Positions 27,250 through 36,523 of a stretch of DNA of 64,000 nt are shown one piece after another. The position numbers were made by a program, and so were the translations under genes. Each line of letters starts with the position of its first letter. Position 1 is the first letter of the stretch. Source of the stretch: a virus (Duplodnaviria > Caudoviricetes). The stretch is taken from IMG/VR virus record IMGVR_UViG_3300026493_000002; one strand, written 5' to 3'. Under the pieces are notes generated by a model. That model made no database searches. It worked only from the letters and a program-made list of their open reading frames with translations, and was not told the DNA's origin.

Positions 27250-28025
27250 GCAGCCACGTTCTTCGAGTAGTGGACAACCCCACACTTCCGCTCGTTCCGG
27301 AATTCTCGGTCGCCGTCGGTCATTCCATCGGTGACTTCGGAGCGCAGGCCAGCAGTCTCGGAGGCATCGTCTATGCAACGTTGCTTAAGAAGAGCTCCAT
27401 TCCGAATGAGGAGTCGGCGCGTCGTCTGCACGCTTCGATATCCAAGCTGTACACGGAAGATCTGGATCGACCGATAGCGGGCATGACCGCTCAGCTTGAT
27501 GACTACAGCATTCCTCTCTTGCGCATGTCTAGCGCCGAGATTGACCAGTTGGTATATCTCGGATTCAATCCGATCCGCTGCGCAATCCAGTTCGGCGTTG
27601 TTCCGTGGGCGCAGCATACGTCTCATGGGTACAGCATCCAGCTGCTGCGCCTCTTGGTGACGGCTATTCATGCCATTTCAGTACGGGCGGGGCGTGCCTG
27701 CGAAGCCTGTTCGCTGGAAGGACCTGCACGCAATCACGCCCTGTACCACCACTCTGCTGAGGTCTTCATGGAGCTCCAGCAGTTCAGGCTTTCGCATATG
27801 TTCCAACTGGTAGCAGGCAGACACGGAGCGCACGGTATCGCCATTATGCTTGAGCGCGACGCCCCGCCGTTCGGAAAGAACTTCCTTGAGGAGGCTCTGT
27901 GCATAAGCACGGACGTCATGGAGGTCGGTAACGTTTTCGGAACCCTCCACCAGTTGCAGATCCTGCATGAACTGTGGCCGAGCATGTTCACTGGTGGCCC
28001 GCAAATCTGTAAAGGGAATCGGTAG
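27246..28025 (+). CDS. hypothetical protein
   Basis: 259 aa ORF, weaker codon bias. Confidence 0.55.
   Translation: MSSHVLRVVDNPTLPLVPEFSVAVGHSIGDFGAQASSLGGIVYATLLKKSSIPNEESARRLHASISKLYTEDLDRPIAGMTAQLDDYSIPLLRMSSAEIDQLVYLGFNPIRCAIQFGVVPWAQHTSHGYSIQLLRLLVTAIHAISVRAGRACEACSLEGPARNHALYHHSAEVFMELQQFRLSHMFQLVAGRHGAHGIAIMLERDAPPFGKNFLEEALCISTDVMEVGNVFGTLHQLQILHELWPSMFTGGPQICKGNR
28006..28013 (+). promoter_or_regulatory. TCTGTAAA candidate phage promoter
   Basis: At the end of the upstream gene, 33 nt before ATG 28046. Confidence 0.55.
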
Positions 28026-28045
28026 TTTCAGCTGAGGAAATATCC

Positions 28046-28498
28046 ATGCGCGAATTGAAGTTGCTACGCAAGCGCGTAAAGGCAATGTGGAAAATGGAAG
28101 AGGAGTTGTCGCCTCCGGAGCGCAAGCTCCATCAGTGGCAATTCCTCTCGACCCAGACGGGCATCCCGTATCTCGTAGGCAAGGGTGACGCAAACACCTT
28201 CTTCTACAAGATCGGCGAGAAGGGCGAAATGCAGTACGTCATGCCCGACAAGATGTTTGCCATCTTGGACAAGTGGTGCGGCGAGAAGTACGTCATGTAC
28301 GCCATCGCTCGCAACTCCAACGTGAAGAAGGCCAAGCGCCAATCGAAGGTCCTCGCCGACCTGTTGAAGCGCACCAACTCCAAGTATGCGGACTACCACA
28401 TCGTGGGTATCACCGCCGACAGCCGAGTGGACAAGCTGTACTCGATGAAGACAGGCCTGACGGCCAACCAGTGGGTGCCGTTGAAGGTCAAGCCGTAG
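28046..28498 (+). CDS. hypothetical basic protein
   Basis: GAGG RBS, strong codon bias. Confidence 0.7.
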   Translation: MRELKLLRKRVKAMWKMEEELSPPERKLHQWQFLSTQTGIPYLVGKGDANTFFYKIGEKGEMQYVMPDKMFAILDKWCGEKYVMYAIARNSNVKKAKRQSKVLADLLKRTNSKYADYHIVGITADSRVDKLYSMKTGLTANQWVPLKVKP

Positions 28499-28610
28499 AT
28501 GCAGTGTGACGTGTTCAGAAACCGGTGCGCACGTTCTGCCCGGAAACACTAATTTCTGAACACGTTTGGCACACCAAGGTGAGCCTCTTCCACACTACAG
28601 GTACTTCCCC

Positions 28611-28994
28611 ATGAATCCACCCTCGGCAGAGTCGAAGGCATCATCCGGGTCGCGTTACATAACAGTGATGCTGATTCCGGTACTTGGTGCCAACGGCAAG
28701 GTGCAGAATCGCACCATCCCGTTTGACCGTCCTCCCACGAAGGAATTCGCTGTCAATACCTGCGAGCGCCTCCACGAGGAGTACGTCACCCGTGACGGTT
28801 ACGATTCGGAATGGGAGCGTTGCGCGGCAGTACTGAGGCAAATCCCCGAAGAGCGGTTCTCGCGTATGAATCAGCGTCGTGCTACCAGCATGACTCACCT
28901 GGTCGACGTGGCGCTTCCCAACGGTACGATCACCCAGCGAATGTTCAGCGCACGCTCCTGCCTCGTCCACGAGGTCAAGCATTCGGAGCGGTAA
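28611..28994 (+). CDS. hypothetical protein
   Basis: ATG 28611 after CAGG; coupled to the next gene. Confidence 0.6.
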   Translation: MNPPSAESKASSGSRYITVMLIPVLGANGKVQNRTIPFDRPPTKEFAVNTCERLHEEYVTRDGYDSEWERCAAVLRQIPEERFSRMNQRRATSMTHLVDVALPNGTITQRMFSARSCLVHEVKHSER

Positions 28995-29176
28995 TGCCAA
29001 GCATCAACTCCAATCCAAGGCGTCTTCCCTCCCCGTCTGAGGCGAGGGCGCTCTCGCTACAGATGCGCGAGCGAGCGGAGAATCACCCGGACGCTACGCA
29101 GGACGATTGGCTGATTCGCAATCTTCTGCTGGCGTACAGTCGAGGCGAAGTACAGCCTCGTCCGAAAAAGAAGTAA
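28994..29176 (+). CDS. small hypothetical protein
   Basis: TAATG coupling, GGAG RBS, 60 aa. Confidence 0.6.
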   Translation: MPSINSNPRRLPSPSEARALSLQMRERAENHPDATQDDWLIRNLLLAYSRGEVQPRPKKK

Positions 29177-29219
29177 CCGCGTTACAGGCGAACGACTGAA
29201 TCCCGTCATCCTCTCAGGA

Positions 29220-29590
29220 TAGTGAGTAGGTGCTGCCAGGCACCGAGAGCGATGTGACAGTTTGCCTAACCCTGGCGTCCTCGACTGAGTGTGAGCAACC
29301 CAGTTGAGTAAAACCACACGACAACTAGCCAGCTCTCTTGTCTTGGCACCGCCGCTCACTGAACGCCTGGAAAACGTTCGGCAGGCTTGCACGTCGTGGT
29401 TAAGAGTTGGGATTATAGGTCGTACCCTAGTCCCGATGGGTTTATGCGAGCCACACTGGTGCCCTATGAGGTCTGACATACGGCATGGGTAATCTACCAA
29501 AGCACCTCAGACAAGCTGCTAACGCCATTTGGTTTACGGGATTTTCCGATGGCGTCGGCCGATGAATTCGGGCAGCACCTGCCTACCAAG
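29220..29590. ncRNA. candidate structured non-coding RNA
   Basis: No codon-biased ORF; long-range AGGTGCTGCC/GGCAGCACCT pairing (29229/29571) encloses several helices. Confidence 0.4.
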
Positions 29591-29814
29591 ATACACTGCT
29601 AGTTTAATCGTTCGCGTGTCTCCTCGCCGTCGCCCCGGTTTAGGATTGACTACGAACCACTAAAACATCATTCTCGATTGGCACTCGGTGATCCTTGCCC
29701 ACCGTTGAGCATCTTGCGCGAACACGCGGTTCCCCGTCCCGCACGTAATGCGCACTATCCTCACGCCACGACTGATATCCGGAATTTCGGTCTCCGGGCA
29801 GTGTACCCTCCAAA

Positions 29815-29822
29815 TCTGTAAA
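29815..29822 (+). promoter_or_regulatory. TCTGTAAA candidate phage promoter
   Basis: Inside the non-coding island, about 215 nt upstream of a terminator. Confidence 0.55.
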
Positions 29823-30070
29823 GACAGACTGTGAGGATCTTCTACGCGCCGCTAGTTTAATAGCGAATGTGGCAATTCAGTAATCGCCGGCCTTATCCCC
29901 CTTTGGCCCGCGGTCCTGTTCCGGTTGCCGCGCTACCGTCAAAACAGATTGCTTGACAATGGCCTTCCCCAGCCGGAGTCACTACCCAGAGCAATCTATC
30001 CGGTCCATGAAACCGGGCGGCGCACCCTACCCAGAGCCTCACGCCTAATCAAACGGGCGTGGGGCTTTTT
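29823..30070 (+). ncRNA. candidate small RNA or leader
   Basis: Bounded by the promoter motif and a terminator; internal repeats and hairpins. Confidence 0.3.
30036..30070 (+). terminator. intrinsic terminator
   Basis: GCCTCACGCC/GGCGTGGGGC stem followed by TTTTT. Confidence 0.8.
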
Positions 30071-30102
30071 CGTTTGTGTCACCAGTCTGGAGCCTACAGA
30101 GA

Positions 30103-30645
30103 ATGAAACGCACCACCATCTTCGGCACCCGAATCAAGGGTCGTCTTTCTCCACTGCCGATCATCACCTTCAAGCTCAAGCTGAATGGTCCCGATGACAA
30201 GATCGTCAACGGTATCGGCGTGTACGTCTTCTCGGTATTCGATGACGACGGCAAGCTGCACGTGGTCGATGCCGCTACCCAGGTCTGGCACGACCTGAAC
30301 AACACGCTGGTGCTCGCCGACGGCCGTGCCCTGCCGCTCCTCGAAGGCAGCATCGTTGATCGCCGTATGCGTACCAAGGTCGATCACGTTCCGTCGCCGT
30401 CCGACAATGCCATCGAGTATGCCAAAGAGCATATCGCCAGCATGAACGCTCACATCCTCAAGCAGTTTCACGAGAAGTTCAACACCACACTCATGGAGGA
30501 AGTAGATGAAGCCGAAGAAGACGACACCGATCAGGAAGTCCCCGCCGCAGGCGCTGCCGGCAGTACCGCGACCGGTGATCCCAACTACTGGTATGCCAAG
30601 CGTGACGACGGCGTCAGCGACAATGACGACGCGCCGATGCTCTAA
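30103..30645 (+). CDS. hypothetical protein with acidic tail
   Basis: ATG 30103, strong codon bias. Confidence 0.7.
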   Translation: MKRTTIFGTRIKGRLSPLPIITFKLKLNGPDDKIVNGIGVYVFSVFDDDGKLHVVDAATQVWHDLNNTLVLADGRALPLLEGSIVDRRMRTKVDHVPSPSDNAIEYAKEHIASMNAHILKQFHEKFNTTLMEEVDEAEEDDTDQEVPAAGAAGSTATGDPNYWYAKRDDGVSDNDDAPML

Positions 30646-30706
30646 CCATCTGCCGGCCAAACGCTGAAAGAATTAGGCGACAGTCAAACCTGCACTGGTC
30701 GCCAGT

Positions 30707-30714
30707 TCTGTAAA
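30707..30714 (+). promoter_or_regulatory. TCTGTAAA candidate phage promoter
   Basis: Intergenic, upstream of 30792. Confidence 0.6.
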
Positions 30715-30791
30715 CAACAAGGGTAGGCAGTACGCTTCGATATTCGTTGCCTACTGCCTACCCATTTTCTTTTCCAGAGCATAAAACGACA

Positions 30792-31250
30792 ATGAACGAA
30801 TCTCGCCTGGGTTTGCTTTGCAACACCTATCCGTCCGACTGGGAAGAGACTCACACGGGCGTGCTGGTTCTGCTGGACGTCGAGGCCCGCTCCGCGCTTA
30901 TCGTGGGCTATACTCCGTCCGGCGACACGGGCCGCACCGTGGAATTGAACGACGCCCAGCAGTTCATGAACCTGTTTGGTCTCTCGGGCAAGAGCCTCGA
31001 AGGAGACTGTGCAGGCCAGCGCGCTCTGTTCTACGTGACGGTTGATGCACTGAACACCATCGGCAGCACCGTCTACTTCCTGCGTACCGACTTCAAGGTC
31101 AAGGGCGGTGTCGAGGATCAGGCAAAGCTGGCCCAGCATCTGTTCGAGGTCATTTCGGACAGCAGCGATCCCGCGCACGAATACATGGACGATCTTCGCA
31201 TTCTCAAGAACGACGTGTTCGGCAATACCGACGTAGTTATCGGAGTCTAA
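30792..31250 (+). CDS. hypothetical protein
   Basis: 152 aa ORF. Confidence 0.65.
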   Translation: MNESRLGLLCNTYPSDWEETHTGVLVLLDVEARSALIVGYTPSGDTGRTVELNDAQQFMNLFGLSGKSLEGDCAGQRALFYVTVDALNTIGSTVYFLRTDFKVKGGVEDQAKLAQHLFEVISDSSDPAHEYMDDLRILKNDVFGNTDVVIGV

Positions 31251-31253
31251 CCT

Positions 31254-32201
31254 GTGTCCAAGAACAACGATCCGCGACGCCGTCCTCACCACAGCAGCAC
31301 CCTGATCGACGTACATAACGACGACACGGTGCGCGATCTTGCGGACTCCCTGGCTACGGAAATCCGACACGATTCCACGGCTCGCATCCTGCTGATCGTC
31401 GGCTCGTTCTCCGACGGCATTCAGTTGACCAAGCGGCTGCACGCTTTCGATCCGTACATGAAGATCGAGTCCTGCGGCGCCGTGCGTCACATGCGTGGTG
31501 TGATGCCCCGCAATGACACGCAGGTGTACGTCATCCCGTCGATGATTGCCGAACTGGGCAACTCCTGGCCGGGCTTCAACGTCATGTACCTCGTGTCGTG
31601 TCCCGCGAACGACCAAAGCCTCGTTCAGGTGGTGTCCCGCGTCAACCGCGCAGGCAAGAGCAATCCGCGTGTCCGCATCTTCGCCAGCACTGCGGTGCGC
31701 GAGGTGTTTGAGAACGCGCGCTGGCTCGAATCCCGCATCAAGGAAACGATTGACGTTGATCTGCACGTCACGTATCCGTCCAACCTTCGCGACCAGCTGG
31801 TCATCATCACGCCTCAGAATAGCGAGTCCCCGATGATGCTTCTGTCGGACGCCAACCACGTAACGCAGGTGCTGATCGGCTTCTCCACGTCGGGGCCGGA
31901 CGACCGAATCTACTGCGTGCAGTCTCTGGCTGCCATGGACGCGATCTACTCCGATCGCGGACGTGACTACCTGATGCGGCGCACCGCATCCCAGTTGTTC
32001 CTCGATCACAACTCGCCGGTGTTCATCAACCGTATGCGGGAAGGCTCGATGCTCACTTCCGATGGTGTGCGGGTAGGTGCCGCCGCGCAGTCGCATATGC
32101 TCAACACCGCAATCGGTAATGCGTATCGCAACTCACACCCGCTGATGACGCTCTTGCGCCGTGCGTCCAAGTCTGTACCGTTCAACTCGCTGGCCCAGTA
32201 G
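31254..32201 (+). CDS. protein with a stand-alone helicase C-terminal (RecA2)-like domain
   Basis: RILLIVGS...IAELGNSWPGFNVMYLVSCPAND.SLVQVVSRVNRAG resembles SF2 motifs IV-VI. Confidence 0.45.
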   Translation: MSKNNDPRRRPHHSSTLIDVHNDDTVRDLADSLATEIRHDSTARILLIVGSFSDGIQLTKRLHAFDPYMKIESCGAVRHMRGVMPRNDTQVYVIPSMIAELGNSWPGFNVMYLVSCPANDQSLVQVVSRVNRAGKSNPRVRIFASTAVREVFENARWLESRIKETIDVDLHVTYPSNLRDQLVIITPQNSESPMMLLSDANHVTQVLIGFSTSGPDDRIYCVQSLAAMDAIYSDRGRDYLMRRTASQLFLDHNSPVFINRMREGSMLTSDGVRVGAAAQSHMLNTAIGNAYRNSHPLMTLLRRASKSVPFNSLAQ

Positions 32202-32232
32202 TACCTATCAATCTACATATCAGGGGAAGTCC

Positions 32233-32595
32233 ATGTCAGTGCAAGTCGATCCCAAGTATCTCGCCGCGTTGGAGAAGGCAGCGTCCCTCGGCGGTTTGTG
32301 CCACGTATCTGGCCTTACCGGCGAAGAGCGCAACCTGATCGCCCGCCGTCTTCTGTCTGTGTACGAAGGCGCGTTCGCTACGACGCATCCTCGCATCATC
32401 CATCACGGGCCTGCTGCGGTGCACACCCAGGCATGCGCTGTGCATCACGACAAGACGGCTGCGGTCTATGACTGCAACTCAGGCGTGTTCCACCCGTCGT
32501 GGGCTGCGCAGTCTCAGGGCTGGAAGCTGGTGCAGGCGAAAACTTGGTGGCAGCGTCTGCTGCTGAATCTCGGCTTCGGTGACCAGGACTTCTGA
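32233..32595 (+). CDS. hypothetical protein
   Basis: GGGGA RBS, 120 aa. Confidence 0.65.
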   Translation: MSVQVDPKYLAALEKAASLGGLCHVSGLTGEERNLIARRLLSVYEGAFATTHPRIIHHGPAAVHTQACAVHHDKTAAVYDCNSGVFHPSWAAQSQGWKLVQAKTWWQRLLLNLGFGDQDF

Positions 32596-32602
32596 GGAGT
32601 AA

Positions 32603-33202
32603 GTGGTGGCAAAAGATAAGAAGTCGTCGGCCAGAGCAGAGGTCGACATTACCCCGTCCTACCCGACGTATGACGGCGACAATCCGCCGTGGCCGTACAC
32701 TCGACCCGATCCGCGTCCGTACGGCTATCGTGCGAAGTACGACAAGACCGTCCGCCTGCTGATCCTGCCGGGTCATCTGCCGCACGATCCCGCCATGAAT
32801 CAGATCGAGCGCGTAGTCCGTCGCATGATGGACAAGAAGATCGACGTGGTGATCGTCGTTCCCGACTGCTATCGCGGCATCGGTGAAATCATGGCGAGGC
32901 GTAACGGTCTGAACTACCTGATCGTCAACACCGACTACAAGGACAACGTCAACCTGCCGGGCAACAACCTCATGTCGGTGTTGATGACCAGCAAGACGGC
33001 CCGCATCCGTGTCATGCAGTCTGCGGATCGCGCCTGTGTGGTGTTGAAGAATCCGGTGACCGAGCGCTTCATCGAGGAACTGGAAGAAAGCGACATTCAG
33101 GTCAAGACGTTCAAGCCAATCTATCGCACGCCGAAGCCGCGCCCCAAGCCGGAAGCGGTTGTGCCCGAAAAGAAATCCAAGAAGAAGGGGAAGAAACGAT
33201 GA
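32603..33202 (+). CDS. hypothetical protein, possibly divergent SLOG/YspA-like, Lys-rich tail
   Basis: ARIRVMQSADRACVVL...FIEELEESDIQVKTF resembles the RN..M...D~~vaf SLOG tail. Confidence 0.35.
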   Translation: MVAKDKKSSARAEVDITPSYPTYDGDNPPWPYTRPDPRPYGYRAKYDKTVRLLILPGHLPHDPAMNQIERVVRRMMDKKIDVVIVVPDCYRGIGEIMARRNGLNYLIVNTDYKDNVNLPGNNLMSVLMTSKTARIRVMQSADRACVVLKNPVTERFIEELEESDIQVKTFKPIYRTPKPRPKPEAVVPEKKSKKKGKKR

Positions 33203-33561
33203 TGCGTCTGTTGGTTATTGCATTCGTGCTGGCGCTGGTCGCGTGCAGCCCGAGTCAGGAAGATCGAATCGAGGCTGATGCCTTCAACAAGGCTTCGCTC
33301 TCCAATCCACGCTACGTCGGCTGTCTGCCTGACGGCCGTGCGGTGTTCGTTGCGGAAATGAAGGCATTCCGTCCGGGCAGCAGTGTCGCGCAGACCGACC
33401 GCCTGTACATGACGCTCGACGGTGAAGCCACTGTTGCGATTCAGCAGCCCAGCGGCAAAAGCACGGTGCCTCAGTCCGTCTTCTGGCCTGGCACTGGCAA
33501 CACCGTCCCCGGAGATCCGTGTGCGTTGCAGCTGTCGAAGGACGTGGGAAATGGCCGATGA
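33199..33561 (+). CDS. lipoprotein
   Basis: Signal peptide with lipobox LVAC. Confidence 0.75.
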   Translation: MMRLLVIAFVLALVACSPSQEDRIEADAFNKASLSNPRYVGCLPDGRAVFVAEMKAFRPGSSVAQTDRLYMTLDGEATVAIQQPSGKSTVPQSVFWPGTGNTVPGDPCALQLSKDVGNGR

Positions 33562-34015
33562 ACTGATACCTGCTCCGGAAGCGCCGGAGACCGCCGAGCA
33601 GATGATCGAGCGCATCTTTCTCGCGCACGGCTTCACCAAGAAGCCTCAGGAAGACGGCACCGAGGCACTGAACGACTACGTGTTCAAGGCCGCCCATGCG
33701 CTGATCGAAGAAGCACTGAATGCGGAGGCGATGAAGAATCTGTTGCCTTCGCGCTTCCAGTTGAATGACTGGATCACAGCTTCGGATGGCAAACGCTACC
33801 AGATTTGCGGCGTGTCGTTCGTTCTGATGGACTTCAACGACGGTTGGGGTGAAGGCGGCAAGATCATCTACCAGCTGCGCGATCAACAGGGCAATACGAT
33901 GGATATCCTGTCCAACTTCGCGGAGGAAAAGGCATCTGCTCCGCCTCCGAAGCACAACGGTCTACGTCTCGTGGTGAGCAACGATGGGGCATCCGAAGAG
34001 CCGAGTGGCGCATAG
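33551..34015 (+). CDS. hypothetical phage protein
   Basis: IERIFLAHGF..K...LNDYVFKAAHAL pattern recalled from proteobacterial phages. Confidence 0.6.
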   Translation: MADELIPAPEAPETAEQMIERIFLAHGFTKKPQEDGTEALNDYVFKAAHALIEEALNAEAMKNLLPSRFQLNDWITASDGKRYQICGVSFVLMDFNDGWGEGGKIIYQLRDQQGNTMDILSNFAEEKASAPPPKHNGLRLVVSNDGASEEPSGA

Positions 34016-34021
34016 TAACCG

Positions 34022-34600
34022 ATGAACATTTTTGTGCTGCACGAAAACCCACGTAAGGCGGCGCAGATGCACTGTGACCGCCACGTCGTCAAAATGGTAA
34101 CCGAGAGCGCGCAGCTTCTGTGCTTTGCTCACTACGTGGCCAATGACGACAAGCGTTGGGTGAAGCGCCACGTGAAGTTCAAGCTCAACAAGGGTCATGC
34201 TGCGCATCCCTGCACCCTGTGGATGCTGGAAGACCCTAGGCACTACGCGTGGGTGTATCGTCTACTGCAACACCTGTTGAAGGAGTACGACTACCGATAC
34301 GATGGTCTCAAGAAAGGCAAGTACGCCAACATCCTCAAGATGCTGCCCGCTCTGGCAAACATCCCGGGCACGGACCTCACGGTTGACCGTGTGCGCCGTC
34401 GGCCGACTGAGTTTGTCCTCGCCATGGGACGCGCTCCCGAGTGCATTGGTGAGTACGCAGTAGAGTCTTACCGCAGGTTCTATCTCGCCAACAAGCGTGA
34501 GTTCGCCACGTGGAAACACCGAGACGTGCCTGAGTGGTTCACGTCCGGCCTCAAGCAACTGAATCGAAGCGGTGACGTTCGTAAGGTCACCGTCGTCTAA
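34022..34600 (+). CDS. pyrimidine-dimer DNA glycosylase-like (DenV-related) protein
   Basis: MNIFVLHENPRKAAQMHCDRHVVKMVTESAQLL...HPCTLW...Y..RY family signature. Confidence 0.8.
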   Translation: MNIFVLHENPRKAAQMHCDRHVVKMVTESAQLLCFAHYVANDDKRWVKRHVKFKLNKGHAAHPCTLWMLEDPRHYAWVYRLLQHLLKEYDYRYDGLKKGKYANILKMLPALANIPGTDLTVDRVRRRPTEFVLAMGRAPECIGEYAVESYRRFYLANKREFATWKHRDVPEWFTSGLKQLNRSGDVRKVTVV

Positions 34601-34616
34601 TATCGGCAGTAACCAT

Positions 34617-35048
34617 ATGAACTATGATCTTGTCCTCTATCTAACAGCATCCCAGCCTGTAAGCGACACCCACGCCATGATTGGCCCCGCCAGTCCAACG
34701 GCGATTGACGAGTCTCGGATCTACATCGCGATGGTCTGCCACAGTGCAGACGCTCCTCGCGATACGCTGGTGTGTATCGAAACCCTGAACGACCTGTATC
34801 GTCTCTTCCCTGACGTTGAGCATAAGCCCTTCAACTCCGGCTACCTGACCGCACACGGTGTGCTGTCGGCCGGCGGCTCTGTTCAAGCCCTGTTCGTTGC
34901 TCACGATGACGCCGTGTACAAGGCCAGCTATCGGGTAATGACCGAAGCTCTTGCACGTCGCATTCACGCGCATGAAGAAGACGAACGGTTCAAGAAACCC
35001 TTGCGCCGTATCGTGTCGTCGTCGAAGTACCACAAGGTGGTCAGGTAG
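34617..35048 (+). CDS. hypothetical protein
   Basis: 143 aa ORF. Confidence 0.6.
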   Translation: MNYDLVLYLTASQPVSDTHAMIGPASPTAIDESRIYIAMVCHSADAPRDTLVCIETLNDLYRLFPDVEHKPFNSGYLTAHGVLSAGGSVQALFVAHDDAVYKASYRVMTEALARRIHAHEEDERFKKPLRRIVSSSKYHKVVR

Positions 35049-35090
35049 TCCCATTTATCGTAACGCCCATATTGGCCTGAGGGGAATCTC

Positions 35091-35657
35091 ATGGCGCGGA
35101 AGACCAAGATGCGAATGTCGGATGTTGTGCTGGTGTACGCTGACGCCAGCTACTGTTCAAGCACGGCTGCATGGGGATACGGCTACTGCATTTTGGTTGG
35201 TGAGCCGGTGATGCGAAAGACCTATTCGGGAGGCAGCATCTACTGTGTGTCTTCCCAGCAGGCTGAAATGATGGCGGTACGTGAAGCCTTGGATTTCTTG
35301 CGCGTGCATATGACGCCGATGATCCGAGGCAGACAAATCGAGGTCCGCAGTGATTGCCTTGGAGCCATCGCTGCAATCCGTAAAGAGGCGCAAGAGTTCA
35401 TCGACCTGACGGGCGTGTCGGGCGTTGCACTGCACCACGTGCGCTCACACTCCGGACGACGGGACGCTCATTCCCAACTGAATTACCTGTGCCACTGTCT
35501 CGCAAAGCAGGCAATGGCCAAGTACCGCGCTCGCGTGTCCAAGCACCGTGCGCGTAAACGAGGACGACACCGTGGCAAAGAAGCTCCTGAGCATCACCGT
35601 GCGAGGAAAGCACAAGAAGTGGTGCTTCACTCTCTTGGAAGATCCGAAGTATCTTGA
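35091..35657 (+). CDS. RNase HI-like protein
   Basis: VYADAS, SQQAEMMAVREAL, VRSDC, HVRSHSG, NYLCHCLAK. Confidence 0.8.
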   Translation: MARKTKMRMSDVVLVYADASYCSSTAAWGYGYCILVGEPVMRKTYSGGSIYCVSSQQAEMMAVREALDFLRVHMTPMIRGRQIEVRSDCLGAIAAIRKEAQEFIDLTGVSGVALHHVRSHSGRRDAHSQLNYLCHCLAKQAMAKYRARVSKHRARKRGRHRGKEAPEHHRARKAQEVVLHSLGRSEVS

Positions 35658-35829
35658 AGAGTGGCGTGAAGACGGACTGGAGATTGACGAGATTTGCAAC
35701 TCCATCCCGAAGTGGGTTGTTGACGTCGGCTTGATGCAACCGTACATCATCCTGCAGGACATTTTCAATTTCAAGTTTGGCGAAGCCTGGGATGGCATCA
35801 AGCACCTCTTCGCCAAGAACAAGGAGTGA
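35572..35829 (+). CDS. hypothetical phage protein
   Basis: GTG 35572 after GAGGA; overlaps the basic tail of the RNase H gene by 86 nt. Confidence 0.65.
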   Translation: MAKKLLSITVRGKHKKWCFTLLEDPKYLEEWREDGLEIDEICNSIPKWVVDVGLMQPYIILQDIFNFKFGEAWDGIKHLFAKNKE

Positions 35830-35833
35830 CACC

Positions 35834-36481
35834 ATGAAGTACGCAGTGATGATTGCAGGCCCGACGTCTGCCTATGGCTCGCTCGGCCGATACCTTTCGT
35901 TCTCGACCTTCTCACAGGTTGTCGGCCAGAAGGAGCGACCGCGTGCTGACCGCGACAACAACATCTACCATCAGCACGCCGTGCTGCTGTACGATGGGAT
36001 GACGCTGGAGACTCTCTTCCGCGAGATTGCTTTCGGCATCGCCGCGCCCAAATCCCAGGAAGCTCGTTCCGCAGTATCGTGGGATGCGAACGGCGGGCTG
36101 GTGGTTGCTGCTGTGATGCGCGAGCCTCCGATGGCAGCCGTCGAGTACGCCTCACTCGGCGAGCATCATGGTTACGAGTGCATCCTGATCCACAAGCCCT
36201 TTGTGAAGGAGAGTGACCGTCCTGATTCTGTCGTCTCTGTGCGTAGGGTGCCTGTCTATGGCGAACGTAGTATCTCCCGTGCGTTCAATCATCTGCGCCG
36301 TATGATCGCCGGTGAGAGTCATCCCTCTGGCCCCATCCACGTTGAGGACGAGAAGGACCGTTGGTTGAAGCTCGACCTGCTGGACGTGTTCTACCACGCA
36401 GGCTTGGCTCACAACAAGGCTGTCCTGACCGAAGCCGTCGAGGTTGACCCTCTGCTGGATGAAGACGACGGCGAAGAGTAA
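35834..36481 (+). CDS. hypothetical protein
   Basis: AAGGAG RBS, 215 aa. Confidence 0.65.
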   Translation: MKYAVMIAGPTSAYGSLGRYLSFSTFSQVVGQKERPRADRDNNIYHQHAVLLYDGMTLETLFREIAFGIAAPKSQEARSAVSWDANGGLVVAAVMREPPMAAVEYASLGEHHGYECILIHKPFVKESDRPDSVVSVRRVPVYGERSISRAFNHLRRMIAGESHPSGPIHVEDEKDRWLKLDLLDVFYHAGLAHNKAVLTEAVEVDPLLDEDDGEE

Positions 36482-36523
36482 GCCGAGTCCTTGAAGTCCA
36501 CAATCGAGTCTACAGAGAACCCC

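Noticed and set aside
29580-29900. Fragments resembling group I (GACTA, AAGATA), group II domain V (GAGC..GGTTC) and RNase P (CCGGCCTTAT) signatures
   Set aside because: The order, length or partner motifs are wrong; no GAGGAAAGTCC and no intron-encoded ORF.
29844-29915. tRNA-like start GCGCCGCTAGTTTAAT
   Set aside because: No acceptor-stem pairing, anticodon arm or TTCGA T-loop could be built. I saw no tRNA genes in the window.
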